Below, piece by piece: positions 38,843 to 50,043 of a stretch of DNA of 64,000 nucleotides. Position numbers and translations under genes: made by a program. Every line of letters begins with the position of its first letter. The stretch's first letter is position 1. Origin of the DNA: an uncultured delta proteobacterium (GTDB lineage: Bacteria; Desulfobacterota; Binatia; UBA9968). Below the pieces are notes generated by a model. That model was given only the letters and a program-made list of their open reading frames with translations, was not told the origin of the DNA and did not search any database. The stretch lies in NCBI GenBank assembly GCA_963816145.1, contig CAWFJP010000005.1, forward strand, positions 347,109 to 411,108. The letters are read 5' to 3'.

Positions 38843-39048
38843 TCCCGCATTTGAATCGGCGCTGGAAGCTGTTTGGCGAAACTACAGTGTTAACCCCGAC
38901 CGTCGCATTTGAGTTGTCATTGGCGAGAATCGACAATTGCCCGCGCGGCATTGGCTTTGAGAGTAATCCGGCTGTGGAGTCTACCTGCTGGCCAAAAGCA
39001 ATTACGGGAGTTACGCTGCAACAATCGTAGATGGTACTGATGGCATTG

Positions 39049-39999
39049 ATGGGTAAATTTCTCGTTACGGGCGGTGCGGGCTTTATCGGGTCGCATATCG
39101 TCGAACGGCTCGTGCAAGGTGGGGCTCAAGTGCGAGTTGTGGATAATCTCTCGACGGGCCGAATTGAGCGCCTAGGACACCTGCTCTCAGCTATAGAGTT
39201 CATCGAGGGGGATTTGGCGAATGAAGCCACCGCGAATGAAGTCGTCGACGGCATGGATTCCGTGCTTCATCAGGCCGCCATCCCGTCCGTCCAGCGATCG
39301 CTCTCGGACCCCGTCGCGACCAATCGCTCCAACGTGGTCGGGACGTTAAACTTGTTGGAGAGTTGCCGTAGGGCGGGGGTGCGGCGATTCGTTTATGCGG
39401 CTTCGTCGTCGGCGTATGGCAACACGGAAGTCCTGCCGAAGCGAGAAGATATGGTGCCCAATCCGATGTCTCCCTATGCGTTGCAGAAGTATGTCGGCGA
39501 GCGTTACTGTAAACTGTATTACGAGTTATACGGTTTGGAGACGATAAGCTTGCGATACTTCAATGTTTTTGGTCCGGGGCAAGATCCGTCCTCCGAATAT
39601 TCCGCTGTCATACCCAAGTTTATCAACTGTCTATTGAACAATCGGCCGATCACAATCTATGGCGATGGCGAACAATCTCGGGATTTCACTTTCGTCGAAA
39701 ATGTCGTCCAAGCCAATATGCTTGCTCTCAACGCCGCCGCCGCGGGCGGGGAAATGTGCAATGTTGGATGCGGTGAGCGCATTTCATTGAATCGCCTAGT
39801 GGTTCTGCTTGAGACTGAGATAGGGAGAAAGGCTCGAGTGATTCGCGTCGAGCCTAGGTTGGGCGATGTTAGGCATTCCCTGGCCGATGTTGATCGGGCC
39901 AGAGCAGTTTTTAATTATCAACCTAAAATTGGCGTCGAGGAAGGTCTGCGCAGAACCGTTGCTTCGTACCTTACTGTCAGCAGTCAGCTGAAAAGCTGA
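39049..39999 (+). CDS. NAD-dependent epimerase (UDP-GlcNAc/Glc 4-epimerase-like SDR)
   Basis: TGGAGFIGS, SSSAYG, YALQK, YFNVFGP, GDVRHS. Confidence 0.92.
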   Translation: MGKFLVTGGAGFIGSHIVERLVQGGAQVRVVDNLSTGRIERLGHLLSAIEFIEGDLANEATANEVVDGMDSVLHQAAIPSVQRSLSDPVATNRSNVVGTLNLLESCRRAGVRRFVYAASSSAYGNTEVLPKREDMVPNPMSPYALQKYVGERYCKLYYELYGLETISLRYFNVFGPGQDPSSEYSAVIPKFINCLLNNRPITIYGDGEQSRDFTFVENVVQANMLALNAAAAGGEMCNVGCGERISLNRLVVLLETEIGRKARVIRVEPRLGDVRHSLADVDRARAVFNYQPKIGVEEGLRRTVASYLTVSSQLKS

Positions 40000-40454
40000 G
40001 GCCGGCAGTTCAAATCTCAGGGCGGAAATTAGTGGTGGTATAGCTTTCCCTCATTCTTCATTATTTCCGCCGTGCTTCTCACGACAATCGCCGGAAGGCT
40101 AGTGTAAAGTTTTCACGAGTCTCTGCTTGGCGGTGGCTGACTCCCATTAAAGTAGGGGATTCAAAGCATCAATAGGAGCCGAGCCGTGCGGGCTTGGTGT
40201 ACCGAATGACGCTCCGATCAGCACTTACCGGTCATATTAGACCTATTGAAAACGTCTGGCCCGTTCCTAGAATAGCAGTGCCGGGAACAGGCTGTTTTGC
40301 CATTAGAGGCTGTCTACTATGGTGTTGATTTTGTCAAAAATGTCCAAAAATACCATTGAAAATTCGGTATGTTGCTGAGTTGAAATGCATTCACTCTTGG
40401 TGCGAAAATTGCTTAATAAAATTATCCCAACGAATCGACTTCTCCGGGAGCAAC

Positions 40455-40991
40455 ATGGTTGAACAGGATCGGCAATTAGGCAGGAGGTGGTATGTCGCAT
40501 CAACAAAGCCTCGCAGCGAAGAAATCGCTCATTTTCACCTGGTAGCCAGGGGGATAGAGGTTTACTATCCCAAACTATTTCTACCAATTCCGAATCGTTC
40601 GGGGCGGCAGCTGATACCTTTATTCCCGAATTATTTGTTTGTCCGCATTGACGTGTCATCGAGCGAATATTTCCAGGTCGAATGGTGCCAGGGCTTAAAG
40701 AAGCTGGTAAGATTTGGCGGCGCGCCAGCACCGGTTGAGAATAGCGTCATCGATTTTTTACGCGGCCAGGCCGATGAACGGGGCGTAATTATGGCACGGA
40801 CCAATTTGAAACCAGGGGATGAGGTCCGCATTGCCAAGGGTCCGTTAAAAGGGCTTGTGGGCATCATGCAGGAACCGCCTGGCGCACGCAGCAGAGTCAA
40901 AGTTCTAATGGCAATCCTAAGCCGGGAAGTTCACGTCGAAGTGCCGGTCGATTGCGTTGAAATCGCTTGGATCGCGCCATGTACGGTGTGA
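40455..40991 (+). CDS. NusG-family specialised antiterminator (RfaH-like)
   Basis: WYVASTKP, PLFPNYLFV, KOW GDEVRIAKGPLKG; heads a polysaccharide operon. Confidence 0.88.
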   Translation: MVEQDRQLGRRWYVASTKPRSEEIAHFHLVARGIEVYYPKLFLPIPNRSGRQLIPLFPNYLFVRIDVSSSEYFQVEWCQGLKKLVRFGGAPAPVENSVIDFLRGQADERGVIMARTNLKPGDEVRIAKGPLKGLVGIMQEPPGARSRVKVLMAILSREVHVEVPVDCVEIAWIAPCTV

Positions 40992-41271
40992 CGTGGATCG
41001 ATGTTTGACTGCATCACGCTCGGCACTTTACTCTGTTTTCCCGCGGGTGAGAATCGGGGCGCACAATACGATTTCGCTATGCGCGTTGGTTCTACGGCGC
41101 CGCGAGCGGTAGCGGTTAATCTCAAATGATATTCGCCGCATTATTCGCTAGAGTCTGTTGATATGCGGTTGTCCGATTCGCTGGCGAACGGACAACGCAC
41201 ACGAAGTCGGATTAATGGCCCTGAGACAAAGTGAGGTTTCAGCAAGTCGTTGATTGTAATTGGGTGGAGGC

Positions 41272-41283
41272 GGCGGTAGCCTT
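41272..41283 (+). promoter_or_regulatory. ops-like element
   Basis: GGCGGTAGCCTT versus consensus GGCGGTAGnnTG, ~70 nt upstream of the wza-like start. Confidence 0.65.
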
Positions 41284-41351
41284 AATGGCGGAGCTATGTC
41301 AAACTCGATAACAAGAAAGTTAAACTTGCGAATTTCGTAGGGCGGATTCAT

Positions 41352-42084
41352 ATGAAAAATATAATTATTGGCGTCGTTGCCGCCATCATGCTTTCGGCTT
41401 GTGGCAATCCAGTGGCTCATATCGCAGACTTTCCCCGGGCCAATTTCGTGCCCGCTAGCAAGATTCCAGGCGCGGTCGCGACGGGGCAGCAGTATAAATT
41501 GATCCCTTACGATCAGATCAGCATTCGCTTTCCGTTCCATCCTGAGGTGGATCCGAAGGCTGGGACGATTCCCATTCAACCCGATGGCAACATTTATCTC
41601 GATGGTGTCGGCGCAGTTCAGGCGGCCGGCCTAGTCCCCCGAAGAGCTGGCCAAGACGATTGTGCAGAAGACGTCCGATCGGCTGCGCGACCCGCAAGTG
41701 GTCGTAACCGTCACTCAGTACGCGCCGCGTCGGGTATTCGTGGGTGGAGAAGTGAAGTCGCCTGGCACAGTGACCATTCAGGACGGCATGACTCCGCTGC
41801 AAGCGATCTTCGACCGGGGGGGATTTACCACCACCGCGCAGATGGACAGCGTAATCCTGATTCGCGACGCAGCCTCGAACGATCCACAGATAGGCAAGCT
41901 GAATCTCACGGAAGCTATGGAGAACGCCGCCGCCGAGCGGCTCATACTGGCAGCCAACGATGTCATCTACGTGCCCATGACCGGGGTGGGCCGGGCCGAT
42001 CTTTGGGTAAAGCAGAATATCAAAGACTTGATTCCATGGGAACTCGTGAGACCGCCCACGCCTGCGCAGATGTTGTTACGATAG
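41352..42084 (+). CDS. Polysaccharide export lipoprotein (Wza-like), +1 frameshift near 41635
   Basis: Lipobox LSAC; IQPDGNI...VQAAGL, then other frame EELAKTIVQKTSDRLRDPQV...VGGEVKSPG. Confidence 0.85.
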
Positions 42085-42135
42085 CCGGTCTGTCGGCAAG
42101 TTTTGTCGAACCGCTTACAAACAAAGGAATTCGCT

Positions 42136-43578
42136 ATGGCTTGGATTGAAATCGACGGCAAAGAAATTCCGCTCCTGGAACCGCCCGAGACGCAGAAAGT
42201 TACCCCCCGCCGCGTCCTTCATATGCTGTTCAGATACCAGCGGTTGATACGGAATATCTTCCTCTCGATCAGTTTGCCGTTGTTCCTTGTGCTTTTTATC
42301 CTGCCGGACAAATATCTCGCTACAACCAAGGTGTTGATCAAACCCGGCCGCGCCTATTTAAATCTATCGCCCACATCCGAAAGCGCGTTAAGCGTCGCGC
42401 CCTCGCCCGATGTCTTGAACTCGGAGATTCAAATTATCAGGAGCCGGGAAGTGCTCGAGCGGCTCGGGAAAGAGTTGCCGTTTCCCGATAAAGGCTGGCG
42501 CGACTCGGGCTCGCCATACGCCATAAAGGCGACGCCAGTCAGGGCCACCAGCATCATCCAGATCAGTTTGGCGAGCACCAATCCGGAGTGGGCGGCGAAA
42601 GTCGTGAACCGGGCGGCCGAGCTGTACCAGGAACAACAGATCAAGGTGCGCAAAACCCTGGGCATCGAGAAGTTTTACGACGAGCAGGAGCAGCGCCTCA
42701 CCGGCGATTTATTGAAGGCGGAAAAGGACCTCAAAGCGTTTCAACAGAGCGAAGGCATTGTCGACGCCGCCAAGGAGGTCGATCAGAGCTTGGCCGGATT
42801 GGCCGGTGCGGAACAAAGCTTAATGAGCACGGAGTCGCTCATTCGCGAGACCGAGCGTCGCCTCGCGCTACTCGAGACCCAGTTAAAAGGCCAGCAGGCG
42901 ACCGTATCCACCAGCAAGAGCATCACCACCGATCCTGCCTATCAATCGATCCGGTCACGGTTGACTCAATTGGAACTGGAAAGACAATCCCTATTGCAAC
43001 GATATCTCCCCAAAGATCGGCTTGTGCTCGACAAGGAGCGTGAGATCGCCGAACTGAAAAAGCAACTGGAACAGGCCGAGAAGACCACGTTGGGTTCTGA
43101 AAGCATTGGCCTGAACGCCGTACATCAGAGAATTTTAAACGAACTCTTGTCCGCCAAAGTGCAGCTACAGGGCCTGCGCGAGAAAAGAGATGCCGACGCG
43201 AACCATGTGGCGTCCTACGGCGCCGCCGCCGCCGACAAGAAGAAGAAAAGCTTCGAATTCGACCGGCTGCAGCAAGTGGTCAATGCGAAAAGAGATGCCT
43301 TGGGGCTGTACAAGAAACGGGCCGAAGAAGCGCGTATTTCAGACGCCATGGACGAACAAAAATTCGGTAATGCGTCTATTTTGGACAGGGCCGTGCCACC
43401 TCTGCCTTTTGATGGGTATGGCAACCTGCTGTGGATCTTGGTGATTAGCTTTTTCGCCGGGGCGGTATCCATCGGCACGGCGCTTGCGCTGTACTATTTC
43501 GATCCGAGCGTGCAGGATGAGATTTCCATCGAAGAGGAGATCGGCGTACCGGTCTTGGCAACGATCCAACATTACTGA
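42136..43578 (+). CDS. Polysaccharide co-polymerase (Wzz/GumC family)
   Basis: TM-coiled coil-TM; SEIQIIRSREV, ILDRAVPP, GVPVLATI. Confidence 0.88.
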   Translation: MAWIEIDGKEIPLLEPPETQKVTPRRVLHMLFRYQRLIRNIFLSISLPLFLVLFILPDKYLATTKVLIKPGRAYLNLSPTSESALSVAPSPDVLNSEIQIIRSREVLERLGKELPFPDKGWRDSGSPYAIKATPVRATSIIQISLASTNPEWAAKVVNRAAELYQEQQIKVRKTLGIEKFYDEQEQRLTGDLLKAEKDLKAFQQSEGIVDAAKEVDQSLAGLAGAEQSLMSTESLIRETERRLALLETQLKGQQATVSTSKSITTDPAYQSIRSRLTQLELERQSLLQRYLPKDRLVLDKEREIAELKKQLEQAEKTTLGSESIGLNAVHQRILNELLSAKVQLQGLREKRDADANHVASYGAAAADKKKKSFEFDRLQQVVNAKRDALGLYKKRAEEARISDAMDEQKFGNASILDRAVPPLPFDGYGNLLWILVISFFAGAVSIGTALALYYFDPSVQDEISIEEEIGVPVLATIQHY

Positions 43579-43582
43579 ACTT

Positions 43583-43719
43583 AGTCGGTTGCGGAAAACC
43601 CCCCGTTCGCCCATCGACTTGGCTCAGGGGCGAACGATCAACGATTTGAAATCATGGAGCATTCTCAGTTCATGCAGAGATTATCACAGCATTTCGAACG
43701 CTTTGTTCAGCAACTTGCT
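43583..43719. repeat. Degenerate nested palindromic element
   Basis: CGTTCGCCC...GGGCGAACG inner hairpin (43604-43636) with imperfect outer arms GGTTGCGGAA / TTCAGCAACT. Confidence 0.5.
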
Positions 43720-43736
43720 CGTGGAGCACTGCCGGC

Positions 43737-45194
43737 GTGTATCTAAAATATTTCGGTTTTCGGGAGTTCCCATTCAGCGTGACCCCCGACCCCAAATTTT
43801 TCTTTGACGGCCCGCTCCATCGGGAAGCATGGGCCTCGCTTTTTTACGGCATTAAAGAGAAGAAAGGCTTCGTCGTCGTTACCGGAGAGGTGGGGACTGG
43901 TAAAACCACGCTGCTCCGAAAGACGCTCCGTAGTCTCGACGCCACTCATCATTCGGTTTTCATCTTCAACACGCTGCTGACTTTCGACGAATTGCTCGAA
44001 ACCATACTGCGCGACCTGGATCTCGATCCGGCCGGCGCAGGCCGGGTGGCGATGCTCGAAAGGCTCAACGATTTTCTGCTCGAGAAAGTCAAAATCGGCC
44101 ACGTCGTCTCGGTCCTGATCGACGAAGCGCAAAATCTGAGCGATGACACGCTCGAAGGGGTGCGCCTGCTCTCGAACATGGAAACCGACCGGGAAAAATT
44201 GCTGCAAATCATTCTCGTCGGCCAACCCGAGCTGGATGTGAAATTGCACGGCCGCTCGCTCCGGCAGTTGAAACAACGGGTCTCGATTTGGTGTCGCTTG
44301 GATTCTCTAAGCCTGTCGGACACCGAAGCCTACATTCGCCACAGGTTGCAGGTTGCTCAATACCAAGGGCCGGATATTTTCCCCGGACCCACCGTTCGAT
44401 CGATCTGGGGAGTCACCTCCGGCATCCCTCGGCTGATCAATGTGGTTTGCGATAACGGCTTGCTAACCGCCTTTGCGACTTCGCAAAAAACTGTTTCAGT
44501 TGACATGATTCGCGATGTCGCACGCGACCTAAGGATTATCCCCGAGGCGCGGCTTAACCAGCAGTTGGGCTCCGAGCCCGTCGAGCCGACACAGGCGGTA
44601 AGGGTGGGGGTTGGCAGCATGGCGCCCAAGGGTTGGGAAATCGCCGAGGAGGCAAACCGGCATGCCGAAGACCGAGAACGCCCGCGGCTCGCGTCCGTCG
44701 GGGCCTCGGCGGCCAGCGCTGAAGGAGTGGCGAATTCACCTCGAAGGTCGCCGGAGCTGCGCGAGGCCAGGCGTGAGTATGGCCGGCCGGTTCCTGCCGG
44801 CAATATCCGCAAAGAAACTAAAAGCGCCGCCGATGTCAATATGCTCGATGCCGGCAAGATCTTTCAGCCGACACCGCTAGCATCGGCTAACCGAGTGCGC
44901 TCCGTCGGAGCTACTCGGCAGCCCGACGACGGGTCAGAAGATACAGTGCTGCCGCCGGCATTCATCGACCGAATGGGTGTCGCCCTGACCGAGGCGATGG
45001 GACCGATGGCCCCCTTTGTTGTTAGGTCGATAGCGGCGGCATTGGGCGAGTCTTTGGAGCAGTTCCCGGCGAAACGGATGAACGACTTGCTTGTGAAAAT
45101 CAAGAGCGAAATATTGAGCGAGAGTTTACGTGATGCGTTCGAGGCGCAGATAGCCAAGGACATCGACCGGCATGTCTTAGCTCGCGGCCGGTGA
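43737..45194 (+). CDS. ExeA-like AAA ATPase with low-complexity linker and C-terminal helical domain
   Basis: FGFREFPFSVTPDP, GEVGTGKT, IDEAQNL, LVGQPEL, GIPRLIN. Confidence 0.88.
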   Translation: MYLKYFGFREFPFSVTPDPKFFFDGPLHREAWASLFYGIKEKKGFVVVTGEVGTGKTTLLRKTLRSLDATHHSVFIFNTLLTFDELLETILRDLDLDPAGAGRVAMLERLNDFLLEKVKIGHVVSVLIDEAQNLSDDTLEGVRLLSNMETDREKLLQIILVGQPELDVKLHGRSLRQLKQRVSIWCRLDSLSLSDTEAYIRHRLQVAQYQGPDIFPGPTVRSIWGVTSGIPRLINVVCDNGLLTAFATSQKTVSVDMIRDVARDLRIIPEARLNQQLGSEPVEPTQAVRVGVGSMAPKGWEIAEEANRHAEDRERPRLASVGASAASAEGVANSPRRSPELREARREYGRPVPAGNIRKETKSAADVNMLDAGKIFQPTPLASANRVRSVGATRQPDDGSEDTVLPPAFIDRMGVALTEAMGPMAPFVVRSIAAALGESLEQFPAKRMNDLLVKIKSEILSESLRDAFEAQIAKDIDRHVLARGR

Positions 45195-45318
45195 GATCGT
45201 GCGAAGGAACGAATATCGCTGATCGATAGTTCTTGTTTAGCGGCGGCGCATTGGATCGACAGACCTAAACGGCTTTCAGTATTTGCTGGTGTTGCCGGAA
45301 TCGGTCGTCGGAGGATGA

Positions 45319-46086
45319 ATGAGCAAAATTTTCGAAGCACTCATGAAAGCGGAGGCGACACCGAAAGGGGACAAGCGTTCGGTGAAATTCAGTCCTGCGC
45401 TTGATCTTTTTCAAAACAAACGCCACCCGATCAAGATCGACTTCGATCTGGACCCGTTTCTGGAGGAGCAATATCAGAAGCTGCGCAGGCGATTGGCGCC
45501 CAACGCTCAGCAACCGGGCGTGAAAGCCGTTATGGTTGCGGCCACGACCCACGGAGAGGGCGCGACGACCACTTCCGCGATCCTCGCCTCGATGCTCGCA
45601 AGGTCCGGTCACGCCAAGATTCTTCTGGTCGACGCCAATTTAAGAACGCCGGCGCTCGACGGCGTCTTCAACGACAACAATTCTCCCGAAGGGCTCACCG
45701 ATGTCATTATTTCCGACAAGCCCGTCGAAGCGGCGATTTATCAGACGAACTTTTCCAATTTATTTCTGTTGCCGGTCGGCAGGCCCCATTCCTCGCCATC
45801 GTATCTATTCGACGGCGATCCGATATCCAACCTCTTAACCACTCTAAAAGAGCGCTTCGACTTCATCATCTTCGACAGCGCCCCGCTCGATGGTTACTCC
45901 GAGTCTTTTTTCCTGGCGTCCAAAGTCGATGGGGTCATTCTGGTGGTCGAGTCGGAACGCACGAAGAAACAAGTCGTCAAGAAAATCAAAAAAGAGTTGG
46001 AGTGGGGCGGGCCGATCAATCTGCTCGGGATCGTGTTGAACAAAAAGAAAAATTACATTCCGGCCTTGTTGGAGCGGTTTATCTAA
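45319..46086 (+). CDS. CpsD/CapB family BY-kinase-like protein (Walker A Lys absent)
   Basis: MSKIFEAL, GEGATT, LLVDANLRTP, FDSAP, GIVLN. Confidence 0.85.
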   Translation: MSKIFEALMKAEATPKGDKRSVKFSPALDLFQNKRHPIKIDFDLDPFLEEQYQKLRRRLAPNAQQPGVKAVMVAATTHGEGATTTSAILASMLARSGHAKILLVDANLRTPALDGVFNDNNSPEGLTDVIISDKPVEAAIYQTNFSNLFLLPVGRPHSSPSYLFDGDPISNLLTTLKERFDFIIFDSAPLDGYSESFFLASKVDGVILVVESERTKKQVVKKIKKELEWGGPINLLGIVLNKKKNYIPALLERFI

Positions 46087-46437
46087 GCCCGCTTTAAGTT
46101 TGAGCGAAGGGTCAAATGGTGGACCTGCAGGCGGTTTGAGAGTCGCGCGCGAAAATTCGCCCCTTTCATTCATCGCAGCCTCTGCGAGGCTCCGATGTTC
46201 CGGCCGATAAAGTTATTTTGAAGATCGACTTTGGCCGATGGCAGGTCCTGGACAGCACTTGCTGCCACCGAGCCGAACTCAATGTTTCAACCTGATCGGT
46301 TGAACTCGCCGGGCTGACGGTTGGGTCAAAACAGACTGAACTCGGGCGACAATCGCAACAGCGCGCAAGTTTTGAAGTTGAGATTTTGACTGAGTAACCC
46401 CAAGCGTTGACAGCTTGAACCGGACAGCTTAATTCCG

Positions 46438-47383
<946 letters not shown>

Positions 47384-47408
47384 GCCATCCCTTTGCCGCG
47401 TAGAGATC

Positions 47409-48683
47409 ATGCGCATCATTGTTATATCGGCGGCGTTTCCGCCCATGCACGCGGGTGAGGCCGACCATGCTCTTCACCTTTGCGAGAGGCTCGCGCAGCG
47501 TGGCGAGGAAGTCTCGGTTCTGACCGGCCGGTGCGCCGAAGCGAGCGGGAAATTTTCCTTCGAAGTCGACCGGCGGATGTCTCGCTGGTCTTGGTCGGAG
47601 ATGCCCCGCCTCGCCGACTTTCTCAGACAGCGCAGGCCGGAGGCGATTTTGTTGCTCTATACGGGGTGGGTCTATAACAGCCATCCGATGATGACGTTCC
47701 TCCCGGTTCTGTCGAAGCTCCTTTTTCCCAGGGTCCCTTTCGTCACTCAGCTCGAGATCGAGAACACGTCGATTACAGCACCGCTGCCGGCGCGAATCGT
47801 TTTCAAAGCTCTCGAGTACGGCGCGGGCGCCTACCGCTTCAACCGCGCGCTCGGTACCCTGCTGTCGGCGAGCGACCGAGTCATCACGTTGAGCGAACGC
47901 CACAGAAACAAGCTCCTGGACAAATTCCCGCGTTTGGACGGCAAGAGCCTGGTGATTCCGCCGCCGCCGCTCATTCGCATGTGCACCGACGCCGGCTTCG
48001 ACCGGGATCAAACGCGCCAAGCACTGGGAGTGCGATCGACGGAGTTTCTGCTCGCCTATTTCGGCTATGTCTACAAGGAAAAGGGCGTGGAGACGCTCAT
48101 CGAGGCTTTAACCCTGCTTCGCCAACGCGGCCAAAGGGTTCGGCTCGCGGTCATCGGCGGCGGCGTCGATCTATCCCGGCCGACTCCGTACATCAAAACT
48201 TTGCTCGATCTGGCGCAACGCCTCGGGGTTAATAACGATATCGTTTGGACCGGCGAGTACGACACCGATAGCGACGAAGCGTCGCGCTACCTCTACGCCG
48301 CCGACGCGTGTGTCCTGCCGTTCAACGACGGCGTGGTGCTCAATCGCAGCTCGCTGGCGGCCGCGGCGGCGCACGGGCGGGCGATCATCACGACCGCAGG
48401 CCCCACTCTGGAATCCGCCTTTGTGGACCGCGAAAACGTCTATCTTTGCCCGCCAAAGGATGGCGCAGCCGTCGCCGCAGCCGTCGCCTCGCTGATGGAT
48501 AACCTCGCGCTGCTGGAGCGCCTGCGGTTCGGCGCCACGGAGCTGGCAAATCGGTGGTTTTCCTGGGACAAAGCCTTGGACGATACCCTGGCAGCTTTCG
48601 GCGCCGCGACCCTCGGCCATCGCGGTGGAGAGCGCGAGATCCTCGTAGGCGAGATTATTTCTGAACATGATCGACGGCACTAA
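47409..48683 (+). CDS. Glycosyltransferase family 4
   Basis: FPPMHAGEAD, YFGYVYKEKG, ADACVLP. Confidence 0.85.
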   Translation: MRIIVISAAFPPMHAGEADHALHLCERLAQRGEEVSVLTGRCAEASGKFSFEVDRRMSRWSWSEMPRLADFLRQRRPEAILLLYTGWVYNSHPMMTFLPVLSKLLFPRVPFVTQLEIENTSITAPLPARIVFKALEYGAGAYRFNRALGTLLSASDRVITLSERHRNKLLDKFPRLDGKSLVIPPPPLIRMCTDAGFDRDQTRQALGVRSTEFLLAYFGYVYKEKGVETLIEALTLLRQRGQRVRLAVIGGGVDLSRPTPYIKTLLDLAQRLGVNNDIVWTGEYDTDSDEASRYLYAADACVLPFNDGVVLNRSSLAAAAAHGRAIITTAGPTLESAFVDRENVYLCPPKDGAAVAAAVASLMDNLALLERLRFGATELANRWFSWDKALDDTLAAFGAATLGHRGGEREILVGEIISEHDRRH

Positions 48684-50043
48684 AGAAGCGGCTGGATTCG
48701 TTTCCGGCGTTCTAGCCCGGCGAAACGGCGCCGCCGCTGCAGGCCGGCGCGGCCTGCGGATCGTTCTCTACGATCCGTCGGAGCGCGGCGGAGTTGCCCA
48801 GTATACGCACCACCTGGCCGAACATCTCTCCAAACTGGGCAACGACGTTACGCTGGCCACCGGCGAGAGGTACGAGTTGAAGCACCTGCCGCGGAGTTTC
48901 AAGCTCCGGTTTCTCTCAAAGCGGAGCTGGGTGAAGGCGCTGCTATTTCCAGAGCGAGGCTCGCGCGGCGCGGGCGCGGGCAAAGCGAAGGCGGCGGGGA
49001 AGAACGACGTTCGCCCCGCCCAAGCGGAGACGTCGAGATCTTTGCATGCGGCCCTGAAAGATTTGCGACGGCTGCTGGTCGATCTCAAGCTGGTCATTTG
49101 GCTGCTCTGGACGGGCGTCGATGTCGTTCACTTTCAATGGTCGGTCAATCGCAACGGCGACAGCCGGCTGATGAGGTTTCTCAAGGCGCTCGGTATCAAG
49201 GTCTTCTACACGGCGCACGATGTTACGCCCCACGCCGGCCTCAGCGCTGCGGGGCGCAACGCGCTGGCGCGAATCTACGGCGCCGCGGACGGAGTCGTCG
49301 TGCACTCGAAGAGCAATAAGCAGGAGCTCGCCGATCTTTTTGGTTTGGACCCGAGAAACATTTTCGTAATCCCCCACGGCAGCGACGAGATATTTTCTTG
49401 TGACACCACCGTTTCGCAGGCCGACGCAAGAAGGGATCTCGGCATCGGTCCGGAGAAGCGCGTCATCCTCTTTTTCGGCTTTATCAAACGCTACAAGGGC
49501 CTCGAGCATCTGGTCGCCGCCTTCGAGGAGGTCAAGCGCCGGCTGCCCGAAACGTTCCTAATGGTCGCCGGCCAGGTTTATCGAGCCGATAGCGAGGGGC
49601 ACGCATTCTACACCCAACTTTTGGACCAGTTGAAAGATCGCTCCGACGTTTTGTCCGTGCCGCAATACATTCCGGTCGAGAGCATCGGCGCTTATTTTGC
49701 GGCTGCCGATGTCGTGGTGTTGCCGTACGTGAAGTCGTATACTAGCGGAGTGCTGCTCGGCGCCTATGCGGCGGCGCGTCCGGTGATCGTGACCGACACC
49801 GGGGGGCTCGGCGAAGCCGTGGAGCAGGGGAGAAGCGGCTACGTCGTGCCGCCGGGCGACGTTCCAGCCCTCGCGGCGGCGATCGAGAGCGTCTTCGAGA
49901 CCGCCGACAAAGCGGAGAAAATGGGCCAGTACGCGCGAACCCTTGCTGAGACCACCTACTCCTGGCGCGCAGCGGCTTTACAAACATGCGAAATATACCA
50001 GCGCCTGCTGCTTAATCACGAAAGCGTAAATTCTCATGCCTAA
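48667..50043 (+). CDS. Glycosyltransferase family 4
   Basis: TAHDV, IPHG, FFGFIKRYKG, ADVVVLPY. Confidence 0.88.
   Translation: MIDGTKEAAGFVSGVLARRNGAAAAGRRGLRIVLYDPSERGGVAQYTHHLAEHLSKLGNDVTLATGERYELKHLPRSFKLRFLSKRSWVKALLFPERGSRGAGAGKAKAAGKNDVRPAQAETSRSLHAALKDLRRLLVDLKLVIWLLWTGVDVVHFQWSVNRNGDSRLMRFLKALGIKVFYTAHDVTPHAGLSAAGRNALARIYGAADGVVVHSKSNKQELADLFGLDPRNIFVIPHGSDEIFSCDTTVSQADARRDLGIGPEKRVILFFGFIKRYKGLEHLVAAFEEVKRRLPETFLMVAGQVYRADSEGHAFYTQLLDQLKDRSDVLSVPQYIPVESIGAYFAAADVVVLPYVKSYTSGVLLGAYAAARPVIVTDTGGLGEAVEQGRSGYVVPPGDVPALAAAIESVFETADKAEKMGQYARTLAETTYSWRAAALQTCEIYQRLLLNHESVNSHA

Noticed and set aside
40000-40454. Sigma-54 promoter and activator box (e.g. TGTAAAGTTTTCAC near 40103)
   Set aside because: No correctly spaced GG-N10-GC with good flanks found by eye; needs a PWM scan
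33821-41350. Integrated mobile element explaining the lower GC
   Set aside because: No integrase, transposase, tRNA or direct repeats seen
41635-41641. Programmed frameshift or phase variation in the wza-like gene
   Set aside because: The C run is short and similar +1 events are scattered across unrelated genes, so error is more parsimonious
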